The notes: generated from the letters alone by a model not told the origin. A DNA stretch of 64,000 bases from Stegostoma tigrinum (GCF_030684315.1 NC_081361.1:16295861-16359860); one strand, 5' to 3'; shown: positions 12,114 through 26,145, counted from the stretch's first letter. A program made the numbers and translations.

Positions 12114-12989
12114 ATTTCTCTGCTGTATATTTCTATGATTCACTATTATTTTGAGCAAAGTGCTAACTTTTTGTTTTAAAAAGTGCCAGTATCTCTGTCA
12201 AGACAGGCAAAAGAACTCTGAATAAACATTGTGCTCGGATGCCGAGAGCCAAATTTCAAAGAAGTTCAAACAGAAGGCATCAGATTTGTGAATGATAGCT
12301 GATCCTTTTAATTGTTCCAGCTTTTGATCTAAATAACATTGCTTAGCACCATGTGCAACATAAATTCCCCCGTTTTCTTGTGAATGATGATTGGAGAAAC
12401 TAGCTACCCAGGCTACAGGAAATAATTTGCACATAAGGCACCAATCACAGTTACCATCTTCAGCAAGAAAAAACTAGATAAATGTCTCCTTGACCATGAA
12501 AGGCAGTGCACCAAAACCTCATTCAACTGTACTTTCCGCAGTACTCAGCTCTCATCAGTTTTAGCTCACATTGCATTCACTGTCATGCTTGCTCAGAAAC
12601 CAGTGTGTTTTGTAGAGCATTCAGTCACTGGTAACTGTTGCTACTCACAAAGATTTCAATTCCATTTCTAGCCAGGTTCTTATCCAGTTACTTCTAAAAG
12701 AGTTGATTGACAAAGAAATTAACTAACTGTCCCTGTTGCATTGGCACAAGTCTGATGAAGCGAAAAGCTGTTCACATCTCTGGTTTCATATGTGAGGTTG
12801 TTGATTGTATACTCAGGTTCTCTTGTTCTGCAAACAAAACTCAACTTTAATATTCACATCTCCATGTCTGTCAATATAAATAAATATCATGATCATTTTC
12901 TAATTAAAACAAGTTAATGGATAGATAAACAACATGGATTTCAAATAGCCCGATAGCCTGATGAATAATTTTGTATTGCCATATTGTAA

Positions 12990-13255
12990 ACATAGACAAT
13001 AGGACCAGGAGGAGGCCACTCGCCCTTTGAGCCTGCCATTCTTCACAATTATGGCTGATCGTCCAACTCAATAGCCTAATCCTGCTTTCTCCCCATAACC
13101 TTTGATCCCATTTGTCCCAAGTACTATATCTAGCCAGCGCTTAAATACATTCAATGTTTAGGCAACATCTGCTTCCGGTGGGAATGAATTCCACAGGCTC
13201 ACCACTCTTTGGTTGGAGAAATGTCTCCTCGTCTTTGTCCTAAATGGTCTAATCT
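12990..13255 (-). mobile_element. CR1 3' end
   Basis: gaatgaattccacaggctcaccactct and CR1-type tail. Confidence 0.75.
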
Positions 13256-13419
13256 GTATATGTTATCCATATCAATTAGCAAGTAGAGTATGGATATAAT
13301 AAAATTTAATAGCATTAATAATTTTAGGGTAGCTATAGATGTGTATACATTATAAACTGGGTTATTTTCTGTTCTAAATGAGTTCCATCTGGAAATGTGG
13401 CATTACAGCCTTAGCGTTA

Positions 13420-13892
13420 TCGAAACATGCAGCATGGAAACAGACCCCCTTCGGTCCAACTCGTACATATTGACCAGATATCCTAAGTTAATCTAATCCT
13501 ATTTGCTAGCATTTGGCCCCTATCCCTCCAAAACCTTCCCATACGTGTACCCATCCAGATACCTTTTAACTGTTGAAATTATACCAGACACGACACCTTC
13601 CTCTGACAATTCATTCCATACGTGCACCACCCTCTACCTGAAAAAGTTGGCTCTTAGGTACCTTTTAAATCATTGCTTTCTCACTTTAAAGTTTTGGAAA
13701 CCCCTACCCTGGGCAAAAGACCTTGATTGCTCACCTTATCTGTGCCCCTTACAATTTTATACACCTCTATAAGGTCACCCTTCAGCCTCCAACACTCCAG
13801 AGAAAATGGTCCCAGACTATTAAGCCTGTCCCTAAAGCTCAAACCCTCCAAGGCAAGGCCCTTCTAAATCTTTTCTGAACTCCTTCAAGTTT
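13420..13892 (-). mobile_element. CR1 3' end
   Basis: cagcatggaaacagaccc..catttggcccctatccctc..cacctctataaggtcacc. Confidence 0.8.
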
Positions 13893-14754
13893 ACGAGTTT
13901 GGACTAATGCTGCATATGTTGCATTAGTATTACGCAGGTATAGAATGAATTTACAGTATGAATACTTAGCATATTTGATGAGATATTTGTAAGAATCTTA
14001 GCTGTTCTCCTTGTCTGAGAGAAACATATATCAGAAGTCACTGATGTTGAAAGAAGAACTATTGGGTTAATGAATGCGGTAGTTAATAAAGACTAATTTC
14101 AGGGGCATCGAACGATAAAGGATATCTGTTAGTCCGATTCATAATCCGAGCCATCAAATTCCATTTGAATATCTGTCTGAGTGATAGGTATATGAATAAT
14201 CCTTACATCTGGCAGCAGCAAAGCCTAGCTTAATGAATTACCCCAAGATTTGAATCTCTAGACAGCACACGTATCATACTTCCACCCACATGTTTATGGT
14301 TTGAAAACCAAAGTGAAGAAATAAAAGCTCATTGGGGTTTGATCAATCAGAGCCAACCTTTATTGATATATAATGTAACTGAACCTGGAGCTCCAATCTT
14401 GTGGAAGCAATGCCTTTCGAGACAAGAATGGTAATCAAATACTTAATCCTTTTTTTTGATGAATAAACAGTAACTTCTTTGAGCAAACCAGAACTTTGTT
14501 TTGTTTTATTTCATTAACACTCTGTCTTCTGTCTTTCAGATCCATAGGGCCCAGCAGAAGAGTGCCTAAATTTTAGTATGAGACCAGGAAAGTGAGAAAA
14601 GATACAAATGATAAGGAGATTAGACAAAGGAAACAACTGTCAATATAAAAGAGGAAGACAATGGGCATTGAACAACAGAAGAATGTAGTAACATCATTAG
14701 CCATTCTAGGAAGCCAATGTGAAAAAATCAGCTCACCAGTTCTAAGAGATTGTA

Positions 14755-14897
14755 TAGAATCATAGGATTTCTACATTGAGGAAGCAGACCATTTGGCCTA
14801 TTGAGTCCATACTGATCCTCTGAAAAGCATCACACCCAAACCCACACTCCCAACCTATAACCCTTCATTTCCCATGGCCAATTCATTTAACCTGCAG
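14755..14897 (-). mobile_element. V-SINE 3' fragment
   Basis: Matches the tails of the other V-SINE copies. Confidence 0.6.
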
Positions 14898-17254
14898 GTA
14901 ATGGCTCAAGTATGGGTGTAATGCATAAAAATCCAATAGCTCGGCTATGTCCAAAATTGATTTTATTTTCTGTTTGTCATCCATTTTGCCTATCGTGAGA
15001 TCCCATATTTATTTAGCATCAGTTCTCTTTCTCAATAATTATCTCTTTCTGCAATCATCTATGGCTATGATTTCCCTTCCTTAATCTGTCCACTACGTTT
15101 AAAAGAGTTTATGATATTATCCTTCTGCAGAAACTTGCCTCAGTTGTCGCATTCCATCAGGCTACCATCTACTCCTACCTGCCTGGAACAACTGACACAG
15201 GCCAGCACATGCACCGTTGGACCTTCAAAGATTCCCAAGTGCCTGACCTTGGGATCATCTTTTACCATAAACAATTCCTTCATCATCCACAGGCAGGTGG
15301 AAACTCTCAAAAGTGGCCAGGGTGACTTGCTTCTTTAATCAGTGCCCACAAAAAACAGAAGAATTTACATTGCACAAGATGCTAAGCACTTGTTGGAACA
15401 ATTAAAAGTATCAGACTTATTCCACAGATCAGATGCCTCCTGTTTGAACTGCCTCACCATGATTATTACATTCTGCCAAGCAGACTTGCCAGAACTTATT
15501 TCAGCTAAACATCAAAAATAGCAGAAACCATTCCACTCGGGAGCTACCAGAAACAGCATTCCTTTGACAAGGACACCATCCCACCCTGCTTTCTGTTTGT
15601 TCAAGTTGAACCAGGCTGCATGAAAGATTGATGTCATCTTTAGCCATTAACTGTGCTGCAGACCCCCACTGAGCTACCATTCCCACAATATTGCTCCCTT
15701 TTACTCTGCATCCAGCCCCCTCCTCCTGTCTAGAGATGATCATTCCTAGGCTCACTTCACTGGCCATTTTTTGTCCATCCTTTATAGCTTCAATGTATTG
15801 AAAAATGCACAAAATCCTGTTCACCCATCAATGTCATCCAGCTTACGTTGTAATGCGTTAAATTGAAAATGCTTGTTCCCTTATTCAAATATACTCATGT
15901 CCTTGTTTCAATACAATTCTCTTTCAAACGTACTTGAAATCTTGCCCCCATTGTGCAGTTATCTCTTCTCAACAATATCGGCTTTGAGTTGCTGAGGCCC
16001 AATTATCTGAGTCTCCCTCTACTTCGAAAACTTTTCTGAAACAGCCTCCTTTCAACAGTTTCCAAAGGCCTGAAGATCCTATTCTGCTATTTCCACTCTG
16101 AATTGCCTTGGATCAGTCTATAGGCTAAAGACGCCACAAAAGCAAGTTGTCATGGTAAAGATGCCTTTATTGTCCCCATATGTAACTATCTCTCTTTCAA
16201 AAGAATTATTCAGTTTTGCAGTTGAAATAAGTGAATTTGGCAGTCGCTTTGTGCTGAGGTTTTATTCATTATTTGCTTTTGATCAGCTTGCCTTGAATTT
16301 TACCATCACATTCCCTGCTATGAAAAGGAAGAGACATTTCCTATCAGAGCTCATCATTGAATCCACACAATCTCACCTCACTTTAAGCAACCAATATGCC
16401 CAAGTAATCAGGGTGCAGTAAATCCGTCCTCACTGTCGATGAGCTATGCACTCAAACTGAACAAATCACATTATTCAAGCTTGCAGGAAATAAGAAGAAG
16501 CCCCAGAAGATCATCTGGTAGCTCAGCTAATTGTGTTTTGTTGGAACTGCATGTGCCAAGGCCTGCAGTACATCATGCTTAATCCTGATGCAACTAATGC
16601 CAAATGCTGCACTTGACTGAACACGAATAGAGTTTTGCTATGTTGCACAGGAGACTCAATAACAAGCGCGACACAGCTCACCCCTCCAGTGACCATATGC
16701 TGATAGAAATGATGTTGCGCTATTTGTTTTTGACAAGAAGTATGAAGGCAATGTTGCCCTTAGGATCTGCTCGTAAAAGGTCCCTTCATTCCCTGATGGT
16801 TTTATATGTGGTGTATTACATTTGAACCTTCATTACTTGTCTTCGCCCCACAGCATCATTAAGCTCAGTGATGCACTCCCAAACAAAGTGCATAATTAAA
16901 GTCTGAGTCATTTAAAGTCATGTTTCTCATCTGATAAATTCGGATCTATAACTTCTGCTGGCATTATCAGCAGCTGGCAAAGAGCAGTTTGTGGCCCTTT
17001 GAGAGCTGCAGCTTGCTTCAAATGATTATTCGATGTTCTTACATTTCTACTGAAGGTTTTGATCACTTTGGAGTCTGAATGACTTTGTTGTGGTTGTTCT
17101 TCCTTACCTGAGTGGTACCTGGGCGTTCAATTTGCCTCCTCGACTAAGGTCAAATGAATCCTCAAACTCACTGTTCAGATGTGGCCACATTTTATGAGAC
17201 GGGATGGGGCCTGGGAATATCAAATGACTCTTCCCCACACCAGGAATACATTGG

Positions 17255-17368
17255 CAACACAAACAGAAATTTTTGGAAAAGCTCAGCAGGTCTTGCAGCA
17301 TCTGTGGAGAGAAATTGAGTAAACAGAGTGATCTGAGGAAGGGTCACTCGACCTGAAACGCAAACTCC
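17255..17368. mobile_element. Mini-PLE (family C) with inverted HHR segment
   Basis: Minus-strand 3' end followed by plus-strand ctgaggaagggtcactcgacctgaaacg. Confidence 0.7.
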
Positions 17369-17435
17369 ATTCTGCCAAATACAAACTATCCCTGTAATAA
17401 CTAGGTTTCTATAACCCACCTCTATTTACCCCATG

Positions 17436-17563
17436 AGAGATAGTCGGAACAGCCGATGCTGGAGTCTGAGATGACAAGGTGTGGAGCTGGAGGAACACAG
17501 CAGGCCAGGCAGCATCAGAGCAGCAGGAAAGCTGACGTTTCCGGTCTGGACACTTCTTCAGAA
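17436..17563 (-). mobile_element. Mini-PLE (older family A variant) ending just past the HHR
   Basis: TSD ATTTACCCCATG 17424-17435 / 17564-17575; CTGAAGA core variant. Confidence 0.9.
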
Positions 17564-17609
17564 ATTTACCCCATGTCTGGTCTGTTCTGGTCTGGTCCAT
17601 GTTTCCATT

Positions 17610-18052
17610 GACCAAGAATTGCTAAACAGTTTAGGCCTTTATTCATTAGTGTTTAGAAGAATGAGGATAAACCTATTGAAACAAACAATATTCTGAGGGG
17701 GCTTGACAGGCTAGATGTTGGAAAGGTGTTTCCTCTTGTGACGGAATCCAGATAAGGTGACAATGATACAGAATAAAATGACAGTGATTTAAAACTGAGT
17801 TTCAGGGAATTTCTTCTCTCAGGTAATAGTAATTGTCCAGAATTCTCAGGTCCAGACAGTTGTGGTGGCCACATATTTGAGAACATTTGAAGCGGGGAGG
17901 ATAGATTTTGAAAGATTGTGGAATGGAGAGCCATGAGAAGCTAGTACAGTTGAGAAGTTGAGGCTTAGGGCAGATCAGGCATGATTTTATTGACTGGTGG
18001 AGCAGGTTAATGGGCCAAATAGCTTACACATGTTTTTTTTTAATATGTTCTT
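17610..18052 (+). mobile_element. CR1 3' end
   Basis: LNSLGLYSLVFRRMR remnant. Confidence 0.75.
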
Positions 18053-18054
18053 AA

Positions 18055-18585
18055 TAGATGTAAGAGTAGAGGAAGGCCATTCAGCTGATTGAATTTGCTT
18101 TTTCATTCAATGAGATTGTGGCTGATATGATAATCTCAACCCCACTAACCTCACATTTTCCCACATCATATTCTATCTGTCAATTAACTTGTATCTTTCC
18201 CTCTATAGGCTCTCACCTATGTCCATGCCATCTGCAAACATGGCTATGGTGTATTCACTTCCCTCATCCAAGTCATTATAAATATCGTAAGCAACAATGG
18301 GCCCAACACTGATCATTATGTCACTTTTCTACTGACAGATTGCCATCCTTAAAACTCCCCCTTTACCCCAGCTCTCCGTCTTCTATTAGTTAGCCAATCT
18401 TTTACTCTTGCTCACACACAATCATAACACATCAGGCTCTACTTATTAAGTTGCAGTGCCTTGTCAAATGCTTTTGGAAATTTAAATATCTTACATTTAT
18501 TGATTCACTTTTATCTATCCGGTTTGGCACCTCCTTGACAAATTCTAAAAGCATTGTCAGCTGTCATTTCTCCTTTATGATGTGG
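18055..18585 (-). mobile_element. CR1 fragments
   Basis: 3' tail plus RT remnant (ccttgtcaaatgcttttggaaatttaaata). Confidence 0.65.
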
Positions 18586-18887
18586 GCTGTGTGATTTATA
18601 TATATATAGTTTGAATGATTGAATTTTGATTTAGTAGCTCATGGATTTTTCTGTGCGCCTGTGGTGTTTAGTGATTAATTTGCAAGTGTTTCTGTAGCCA
18701 TGATGATTTCTTATAAAACAAATCAAGAGGGAAGGCGTTTTCATACTTAATGGACTTTTTTATGCATGAGGAGTTTACAATTGAGCAAGGATAAATAAAA
18801 AAAAGTGCATCAGTTTTTCTGCCAGAAGTTTCCAGACATGACTTTTCTCTAAGATTACGGGAAAGCTTAAGATAGCATGTGGTCTGC

Positions 18888-18967
18888 GAGTAGCATGGTG
18901 ACTCAGTGGTTAGCACTGCTGCCTCATAACGCCAAGGACCCACATTTGATTCCAGAGTAAGAGGCAG
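18888..18967 (+). mobile_element. V-SINE head fragment
   Basis: gcatggtgactcagtggttagcactgctgcctca. Confidence 0.65.
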
Positions 18968-20192
18968 TGACAAGTTACTGCAGTGGTCATCCTTGCTACA
19001 GTTTAACCAAACTTCAAATAAAAATGAATGCAGAGTTTTGTCTTTTGGTGGAAGCAATTCAATTCTTTCACCATTTCATGATCATCGAAAGAAGAGAAAA
19101 TGAGAGTGAAGCAAATGAGGTGAGATGTTATTTAGAATCAGCTAAATTTTCTTCTTTAAGAATCAATTGCTTTGCAGCAGTTTAGCATAATTTATTTACA
19201 ATTTTAGCATTTTTATGATGACTTGAGCTGGGAAATTGTACCTAATGGTCTGTGGCAATACTGCAGTCATGTAATGACCCTCTACATCAACTTTTCCAAA
19301 GCTATGCTGCCTTCTCCCTCCAAACTTCAGCAAGACACACAGGATTGAAGTCGCTCTCAATAGCTTTGAATTCAGGGCCATGAGCTGCAATACAGTGTTC
19401 AATTTGTAACGGAATCTTTGTCCATTATTGCGCTGAGAGATGACAGCAATTCTATTAGTAATCTAATACGGGCATATTAGAGACTAGAGGCTGGTTCAAA
19501 GACTAATTATTTGAAATTCCCCCGGAGGCTCAAGGCAACTTCAACTGGGAAGCAGCAAGTTGTATGATGGCCCTCCTCTTCACCCAACACACGACACTCT
19601 ACCACAACCTACTCCACCCCCTTCACTCTACATCAAACTCTAGCCCAAAGTGAGAAGCAATTAGAAACCTTTGATCTCTCTCTTTCATCTTCATGTGGTT
19701 CTGTTTTGGTTTGACAGCACAAGCAATGCAGAAAGTGCCAGCCAATTTTTATAAAGTAGACTTTAGTCCAGAAATAAGCCAAACAGGATGGATTATTAAC
19801 TCATGAAAGGCACTGCATCTAATATCTGTAAGTCAGTCAGTAAACTGTCTGCTGTGCCCTATTCTTGTGCGAATCCACTTTAGTCCCCACAGTGGTGCTC
19901 AAATCTCCAAACTTGGAGCTAATATAAAATGACCTGGACTCACACCAAAAGCCTGCTAAGAGGCTTCATTAACATTGTTACAACAGTTGAATGAAGCTGT
20001 GACCAACCTCTAAGGACATAGGCACTGATCAAGCAGGCTTACCATGGTCAAGCACATCCATAACTCCACTGAGTGCTGGATCTACAAAACATTTTGCGCT
20101 GGGCCATAATGTTTTTACATTCAAAATGTTGAATGTTATGACCAGTAATCTGCATCTCTAGGCTGAACTGTCAACTTGATCATTTTAGCGAT

Positions 20193-20574
20193 TGTAATAA
20201 GTGAACCTCATAGAATATGAGTGATAATGGGAACTGCAGATGCTGGAGAATCCAAGATAACAAAGTGTGAAGCTGGGTGAAAACAGCAGGCCAAGCAGCA
20301 TCTCAGGAGCACAAAAGCTTTTGTGCTCCTGAGATGCTGCTTGGCCTGCTGTGTTCATCCAGCTTCACACTTTCTCATAGAATATGAGTTTCTGTTTGGG
20401 GCTGTTAATCTGGTCCAATGAGATACCACAGGCTGACTGATATTAGGAGGAGTGTAGAGGTTCTGTTCACTTTGAGAGCTGGCTCTGGTGGGGCTGGTTG
20501 AGTGTTAAGGACTCTTCATGTGGAAATAAAAGATAATTTGTTGACAGGTTACCAGAATCTGTGAAGTTATTTCA
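20193..20574 (+). mobile_element. Short solo-LTR-like element, copy 2, interrupted by a mini-PLE
   Basis: TGTAAT...GTTATTTCA with ccaat and aataaa; similar to copies at 1790 and 26146. Confidence 0.65.
20223..20373 (-). mobile_element. Mini-PLE palindrome with no spacer
   Basis: TSD CTCATAGAATATGAGT 20207-20222 / 20374-20389; symmetry axis gcacaaaag|cttttgtgc at 20317/20318. Confidence 0.93.
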
Positions 20575-20692
20575 ATCATGGCTTTTCGTGTTCAGCAAAG
20601 TGAAGCATGTCCATGTTGGTAAAGAAATATGTACACTTTCAGACCCGAGTATCAAGAAAAAAGTATCATTTAAAAAAGTAACATTCTCCACA

Positions 20693-21124
20693 TAATAATA
20701 AAGTATGAAGCTGGATGAACACAGCAGGCCAAGCAGCATCTCAGGAGCACAAAAGCTGACTTTTCGGGCCTAGACCCTTCATCAGAGAGGGGGATGGGGT
20801 GAGGGTTCTGGAATAAATAGGGAGAGAGGGGGAGGCAGACCGAAGATGGAGAGAAAAGAAGATAGGTGGAGAGTAGAGTATAGGTGGGGAGGTAGGGAGG
20901 GGATAGGTCAGTCCAGGGAAGACGGACAGGTCAAGGAGGTGGGATGAGGTTAGTAGGTCGGAAATGGAGGTGCGGCTTGGGGCGGGAGGACGGGATGGAT
21001 GAGAGGAAGAACAGGTTAGGGAGGCAGAGACAGGCTGGGCTGGTTTTGGGATGCAGTGGGGGGAGCGGAAGAGCTGGGCTGGTTGTGTGGTGTAGTGGGG
21101 GGAGGGGACGAACTGGGCTGGTTT
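20693..21124 (-). mobile_element. PLE family A pLTR, tail-less
   Basis: Highly similar to 2924-3345; HHR at about 20757-20786. Confidence 0.9.
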
Positions 21125-21487
21125 ATAATGTTCCATCAAGGATTTCCAGTGTACAAATAGTGTGGCTGAGGCACAAAGTAACTTCACCATTGTCCCAGAA
21201 AACATCCAAGTCAGCTCTAGTTCACATTTGCTTTTGGTACCTGTTGTGTAATATAATTCGGTAGGTTCGCGACTCTGTTAAAATCACATTCTCTGGCCTA
21301 TAACAATCAAGCAGCAAAAACCTGAAAAAATCAAAATTTCAGCTTTAAATGATGCAAATTCAAGCAATTTTATCTCCCATCAATTTGCTGCAACATTCAG
21401 CAAGAGTTTTCAGTTGTGTTGAGAAAAGACTGTTCAATTCATTCCTCTTGTGGCATTCTGGGTAGAATACAACTCTGGTTACATAGG

Positions 21488-21778
21488 TTTCCTTCAAAGC
21501 AGATACAGGCCATTCGGTCCATTGAAGTCTGCACCAAATCTCTGAAGAACATTCCCAATAACCCTGCATTTCCCGTGGCTAATCCAAATAATCTGCACAT
21601 CCCTGGACACTTTGGACAATTTTGCATGGCTAACGCCTGCCGTGGTAGGAAACCAGAGTGCCCATAGAAAACCACAAGACACTGGGAAAACATGCAAACT
21701 CCATGTATACAGTCTTCTGAGGGTGGAATCAAATCTGGATCCCCGGTGCTGTAAGGCAGCAGTACTAATATTGCCTCT
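21488..21778 (-). mobile_element. V-SINE
   Basis: catgcaaactcca, tRNA-like head at the right end. Confidence 0.8.
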
Positions 21779-21781
21779 GTG

Positions 21782-21832
<51 letters not shown>
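21782..21832. repeat. (CT)n microsatellite
   Basis: Directly visible. Confidence 0.98.
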
Positions 21833-21834
<2 letters not shown>

Positions 21835-22195
21835 GTCTCCCTTTGTGTTCCAGCCCCCATAACTGATAATGTGCTCTGTAATGTTTAAGTAGTCACACTC
21901 CAGGTTCAATGAACTGAGAACATTATCATGTAAAAATCTTGAAGACTATCTTAACAGAATAAAATCCTGCTTTGAGGCTGCATCAGGCTAGCACACATTA
22001 CTCCCAATACACATGAGAGGTTTTTTCAGGCACAGCTGTGAAATATTCCCTATGAAACACTTATACATAATATTTTAGTTTCTAATTCCAATATATAAAA
22101 TACATATGCACAACTATATATGACAATTACACTTTTATAATGAATAGATTTGAAGAGCTTTTCTAAAAGGTATTTCAGAGTCGAAAGCATTGTGT

Positions 22196-22525
22196 CATAG
22201 AATCCTTACAATGTGGAAGCAGCAGGCCATTTGGCACTTTGACTCCACAATAACCCTCTGAAGGGCACCCACCAGGCCTATCCCTATAACCCTGCACTTT
22301 CCATGGCTAATCCCCTGAGCCTATACATACTTGGACAATATATCATGTCCAATCCAGCTAAACCTGCACATCTTTGGACTGTGGGGGACATCTGGAGCAC
22401 CCAGAAGAAACCCATACAGACATCGGGATAACATGCAAACTCCACACAGACAGTTGTCTGAGGCTGGAATTGAGCCTGGGTCCCTGGTGCTGAGGAGCAG
22501 AAATGTTAACCATGCCACTCCCCCG
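22196..22525 (-). mobile_element. V-SINE
   Basis: acatgcaaactccacacagacagt..ggaattgagcctgggtccctgg. Confidence 0.88.
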
Positions 22526-22688
22526 GTGAAGAATGAAAATTTCAGGAAATCCATCCATCTCCAGTTTTCCTTCATTTTTTTTCACTCCTCTAAATCATTC
22601 CAAGCACTTTCTGTTAATCTTGTTGTTAATTACAGGCCTTTCCTCATGCTTTATAAATTGCTTGTTGACCACATCTATTACCTTTATT

Positions 22689-22871
22689 AGAGATAATGGG
22701 AACTGCAGATCCTGGAGAATCTGAGATAACAAGGTATGGAGCTGGATGAACACAACAGACCAAGTAGCATCTTAGGAGCAGGAAAGCTGACGTTTCGCGC
22801 CTCGACCCTTCATCAGACTCTAGGCTGGAAACATCAGCTTTCCTGCTCCTAAGACGCTGCTTGGCCTGCTG
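22689..22871 (-). mobile_element. Mini-PLE hairpin
   Basis: TSD TATTACCTTTATT 22676-22688 / 22872-22884; inversion junction at the HHR (about 22817). Confidence 0.9.
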
Positions 22872-24002
22872 TATTACCTTTATTGTCACACTTGCATCAT
22901 TTGTGCACTATCATAGCTGTCGGTATCTTCCTGACCCGGATTCCTTTTGCTGTTTTTCATTTCAGTACGCTTGCCTTTGTTTGTTCTTGCTGTTATCAAT
23001 TTCTATTTATCTTAATCATATCATGGTTGCTACATTCTAGACATGACTCATCACTGCAATTACTTGCTTGACCCATTTCATTTTCTAAGAACCCAATCTG
23101 GCAACACCTCCTCTCTCAAACTGGGAAACAGGTCTGGCTCACTGTAGAAATTCTATGCCCCTAAACCACCGCCATAATTTTAACTCCAGTCTATCATCAG
23201 ATGATTACAGTCAAGCATTAATATGACCCTATTATTTCTGCATATTTAATCTGTAATATGTCTCCATATCGCTTCTTACATTTCCCATGTAATGTTCAGC
23301 AATCTATAATAAACTCCCAAAAGACTAACCATTCCCTCTTACGCCTCAACTCTGAGCAGATTCAGCATTTGCACAATTATACATGTAATCTTGACAGCCT
23401 TCTGCCATGTTTGAATTTTGATTCATATAACACCTTACTATTTCTAATCTTCACTTCCTCAATATGTTTATAAGCTAAAATGTTCAGCTGCTATGTCTCT
23501 GTTACAATATTATACAATACTATTCTTAGCAACCAAGGTTTCTAGATCTCTCAAATTACTCAGCTTACTATTTAATTTCTACTTATTACCTGCACTTATT
23601 TTTAATTCTTCCTATTACATTGATGTTTGCCCCTATTAATTTTTTTTAACATTCTGTATTTCTTGTGCAATACCTTCTTTTCCTTAGCTTTGTTTTCCTC
23701 CACTTCCTGTTATTGATTAAATTACCTTTTAGAAAAACACCAATTTTTGTTCTAGAGAAGACATTTGTCCTGCTTAGCTCTAATGAAGTCTATCCACTTC
23801 AAAACTCTTTGTTACAGGTCAACCCACTGACCCTGTGCATGAACTCTTTCCATCTTGCACTACCTCTTCAGGCGTATAACACCATAGGTAGTAAGTGCAG
23901 AAGTATGGTAATTCACCCATACTTTAAACTCCATTCCCTATGAAATAAAGGCCAGCATTTCATTCGCTTTCTCTATTACATGCTCAACATGAATGTTATG
24001 TT

Positions 24003-24179
24003 GACAAAGTGTGGAGCTGGATGAACACAGCAGGCCAAGCAGCACCTAAGGAGCTCAAAATGTGTCTAGGCCCGAAACGTCAGCTTTTGTGCTCTCAAGA
24101 TGCTGCCTGGCCTGGTGTGTTCATCCAGCTCCACACTTTGCTATCTTGGATTCTCCAGCATCTGCATTTCCCATTATCT
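24003..24179 (+). mobile_element. Mini-PLE hairpin
   Basis: Inverted arm 24003-24060, main arm from HHR stem II to tail; degenerate TSD atgaatg(t/c)t... Confidence 0.88.
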
Positions 24180-24199
24180 ATGAATGCTGTTTTAGTGAT

Positions 24200-24510
24200 T
24201 CATAGAATCCCTGCAGTGCAGATAGAAGCCTTTTGATTCATTAGGTCTGCACTGACCCTCCCACCCAGATCTATGCCTCCTCACCATCATGTATCATGAC
24301 TAGCTCACCTAGCCTGTATAACCTTGACACTACAGGATATTTTTGCATGGTTAATCCACCTAAACTGCACATCTTTGGACTGTCGGAGCACTGGGATGAA
24401 ACCCACACAGACACGGGGAGCATGTGCAAACTCCACACAGATAATCGCCAAAGGCTGGAATCAAACCAAAGTTCCTGGCACTGTGAGACAGAAATGCTAA
24501 CCACTGTGCC
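24200..24510 (-). mobile_element. V-SINE
   Basis: gagcatgtgcaaactccacacaga..ctaaccactgtgcc. Confidence 0.88.
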
Positions 24511-24719
24511 AATTCATAGATGCTGGCCCCCAAATTCCTGTTCTCTGTAACTTTTGCCATTTAATTCGGACTCACGTTCTGTATTCTTCCTGCCAAAGTG
24601 CATAACATCATATTTTCCCACATTATATTCCTTCTGCCAAGTTTCTGCCCACTCGCTTAACCTGCCTTTCTGCAGATGTTTCCTTGTGTGTCATCCTTAC
24701 TGCTTGCATCTGGCTTCTT

Positions 24720-26110
24720 GGCAAGAAAGAAGCATAATATTCCCAAGGATTAGGAATAGTTTAGAAGTCAGCAAATGAGGTTTAAGGGATTGATTAAGAT
24801 GGGAAGATAAAGTATGAGAGTAAGCTTGTGAGGAAAACAACGAATAACTATAAAAGACTATACAGGTATGTATAGTGAAAAAGATTCATTAAAATTAATG
24901 TAGGCCCCTTACAGTCAAAAACAGAGTAATTAATAATGGATAACAAAGAACTGGCTAACAAATTCATAATTCACTTCTGCCTTTTCGAGGGTGGAAGTGA
25001 ATGATGTACCAGAAATGAAGGAGAACACAGGGTTTAGTGAGAGGGAGGAGCTGAATCAAATCTGTAAAGAAATAGTATTGGAAAAATTGATGTGACTGAA
25101 GGCTGATATATCTCAAGGGCCTGATAATCTACATCCCAGAACACTTAAGGAAATGGCCCGAGAAATAATGGATCTATTGAATCTTTCAAGATCCTTTAGA
25201 TTCTGAAACAGTTCCTATAGACAGAAGAGTAGCCAATGTAACCCATAATGTAAAGAGGTAGGTCGAGAGTAAACAGAGAATTATGGGCCAGTCAAGCAGA
25301 TGTGATTAGTGAGGAAGATACAGGAGTCCATTATCAAAGGTTTTAAAGTACAGCACTTAGAAACCAGTGGTCAAATCTGACACAACATGGGATCACAAAA
25401 TGGAAATCATACTTGACAAACCTACTGGAATTCTTTGAAGATGTAAGTGGTAGAGTTAGTCAGGGAGAGCCAGTTAATATGATCTATTTGGGCTTTCAGA
25501 AGGTTTTTGCAAAGTCCCATGCAAGAGATTAACAATTAAAGCGTAAATATTTTGGGGGTAATGCTTTGAGATGAACAGAAAATTATCAACAGGTAGGAAA
25601 CAAAGAGTAGGATAAAAGTGGGCAGGAACAATGATGAATTCTGCAATTATACAGGGCATTAGTAACACTACATCTGGAATATTGTGTGCAGCTCATCTGA
25701 CCAAGGGTGTTCTTGCTATAGAGGGAGTGCAGCCAAGATTTACAAAAATTAATTCTGGAGATGGTAGGGCTGATGCATGAGGAGAGATTGAGTCAGTTAA
25801 AATTATATTGGATGACTGTAATTCAAGCAGACAGCTCACCAGCACCTTCTCAAGGGCAACTAGGGGCAGGCAATAAATGCTGGCCAGCTGACAATGCCCA
25901 TGTGCCGCAAATGAATAAAAATAAATTCATTGAAGTTTAAAAGAACGAGGGAGATCTCATAGAAACATGTAAAATTCTAACAGGATTAAACCAGGATGGT
26001 AGGGGAATCCAGAACCAGCTAATAGTCTTAATTTTAGGGATAAGAGGTATACATTTTAGGATTGAGATGAATGGGAATTTCTGTACAGAGTGGTGAGCCT
26101 ACAGAATTCC
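24720..26110 (+). mobile_element. Degenerate CR1 ORF2
   Basis: SYLTNLLEFFEDV (about 25407-25445) and IYLGFQK(A)F.KVP remnants. Confidence 0.8.
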
Positions 26111-26145
26111 TCCTACCCTCTTTTAATATCTGGGTGAGTGGGTGC

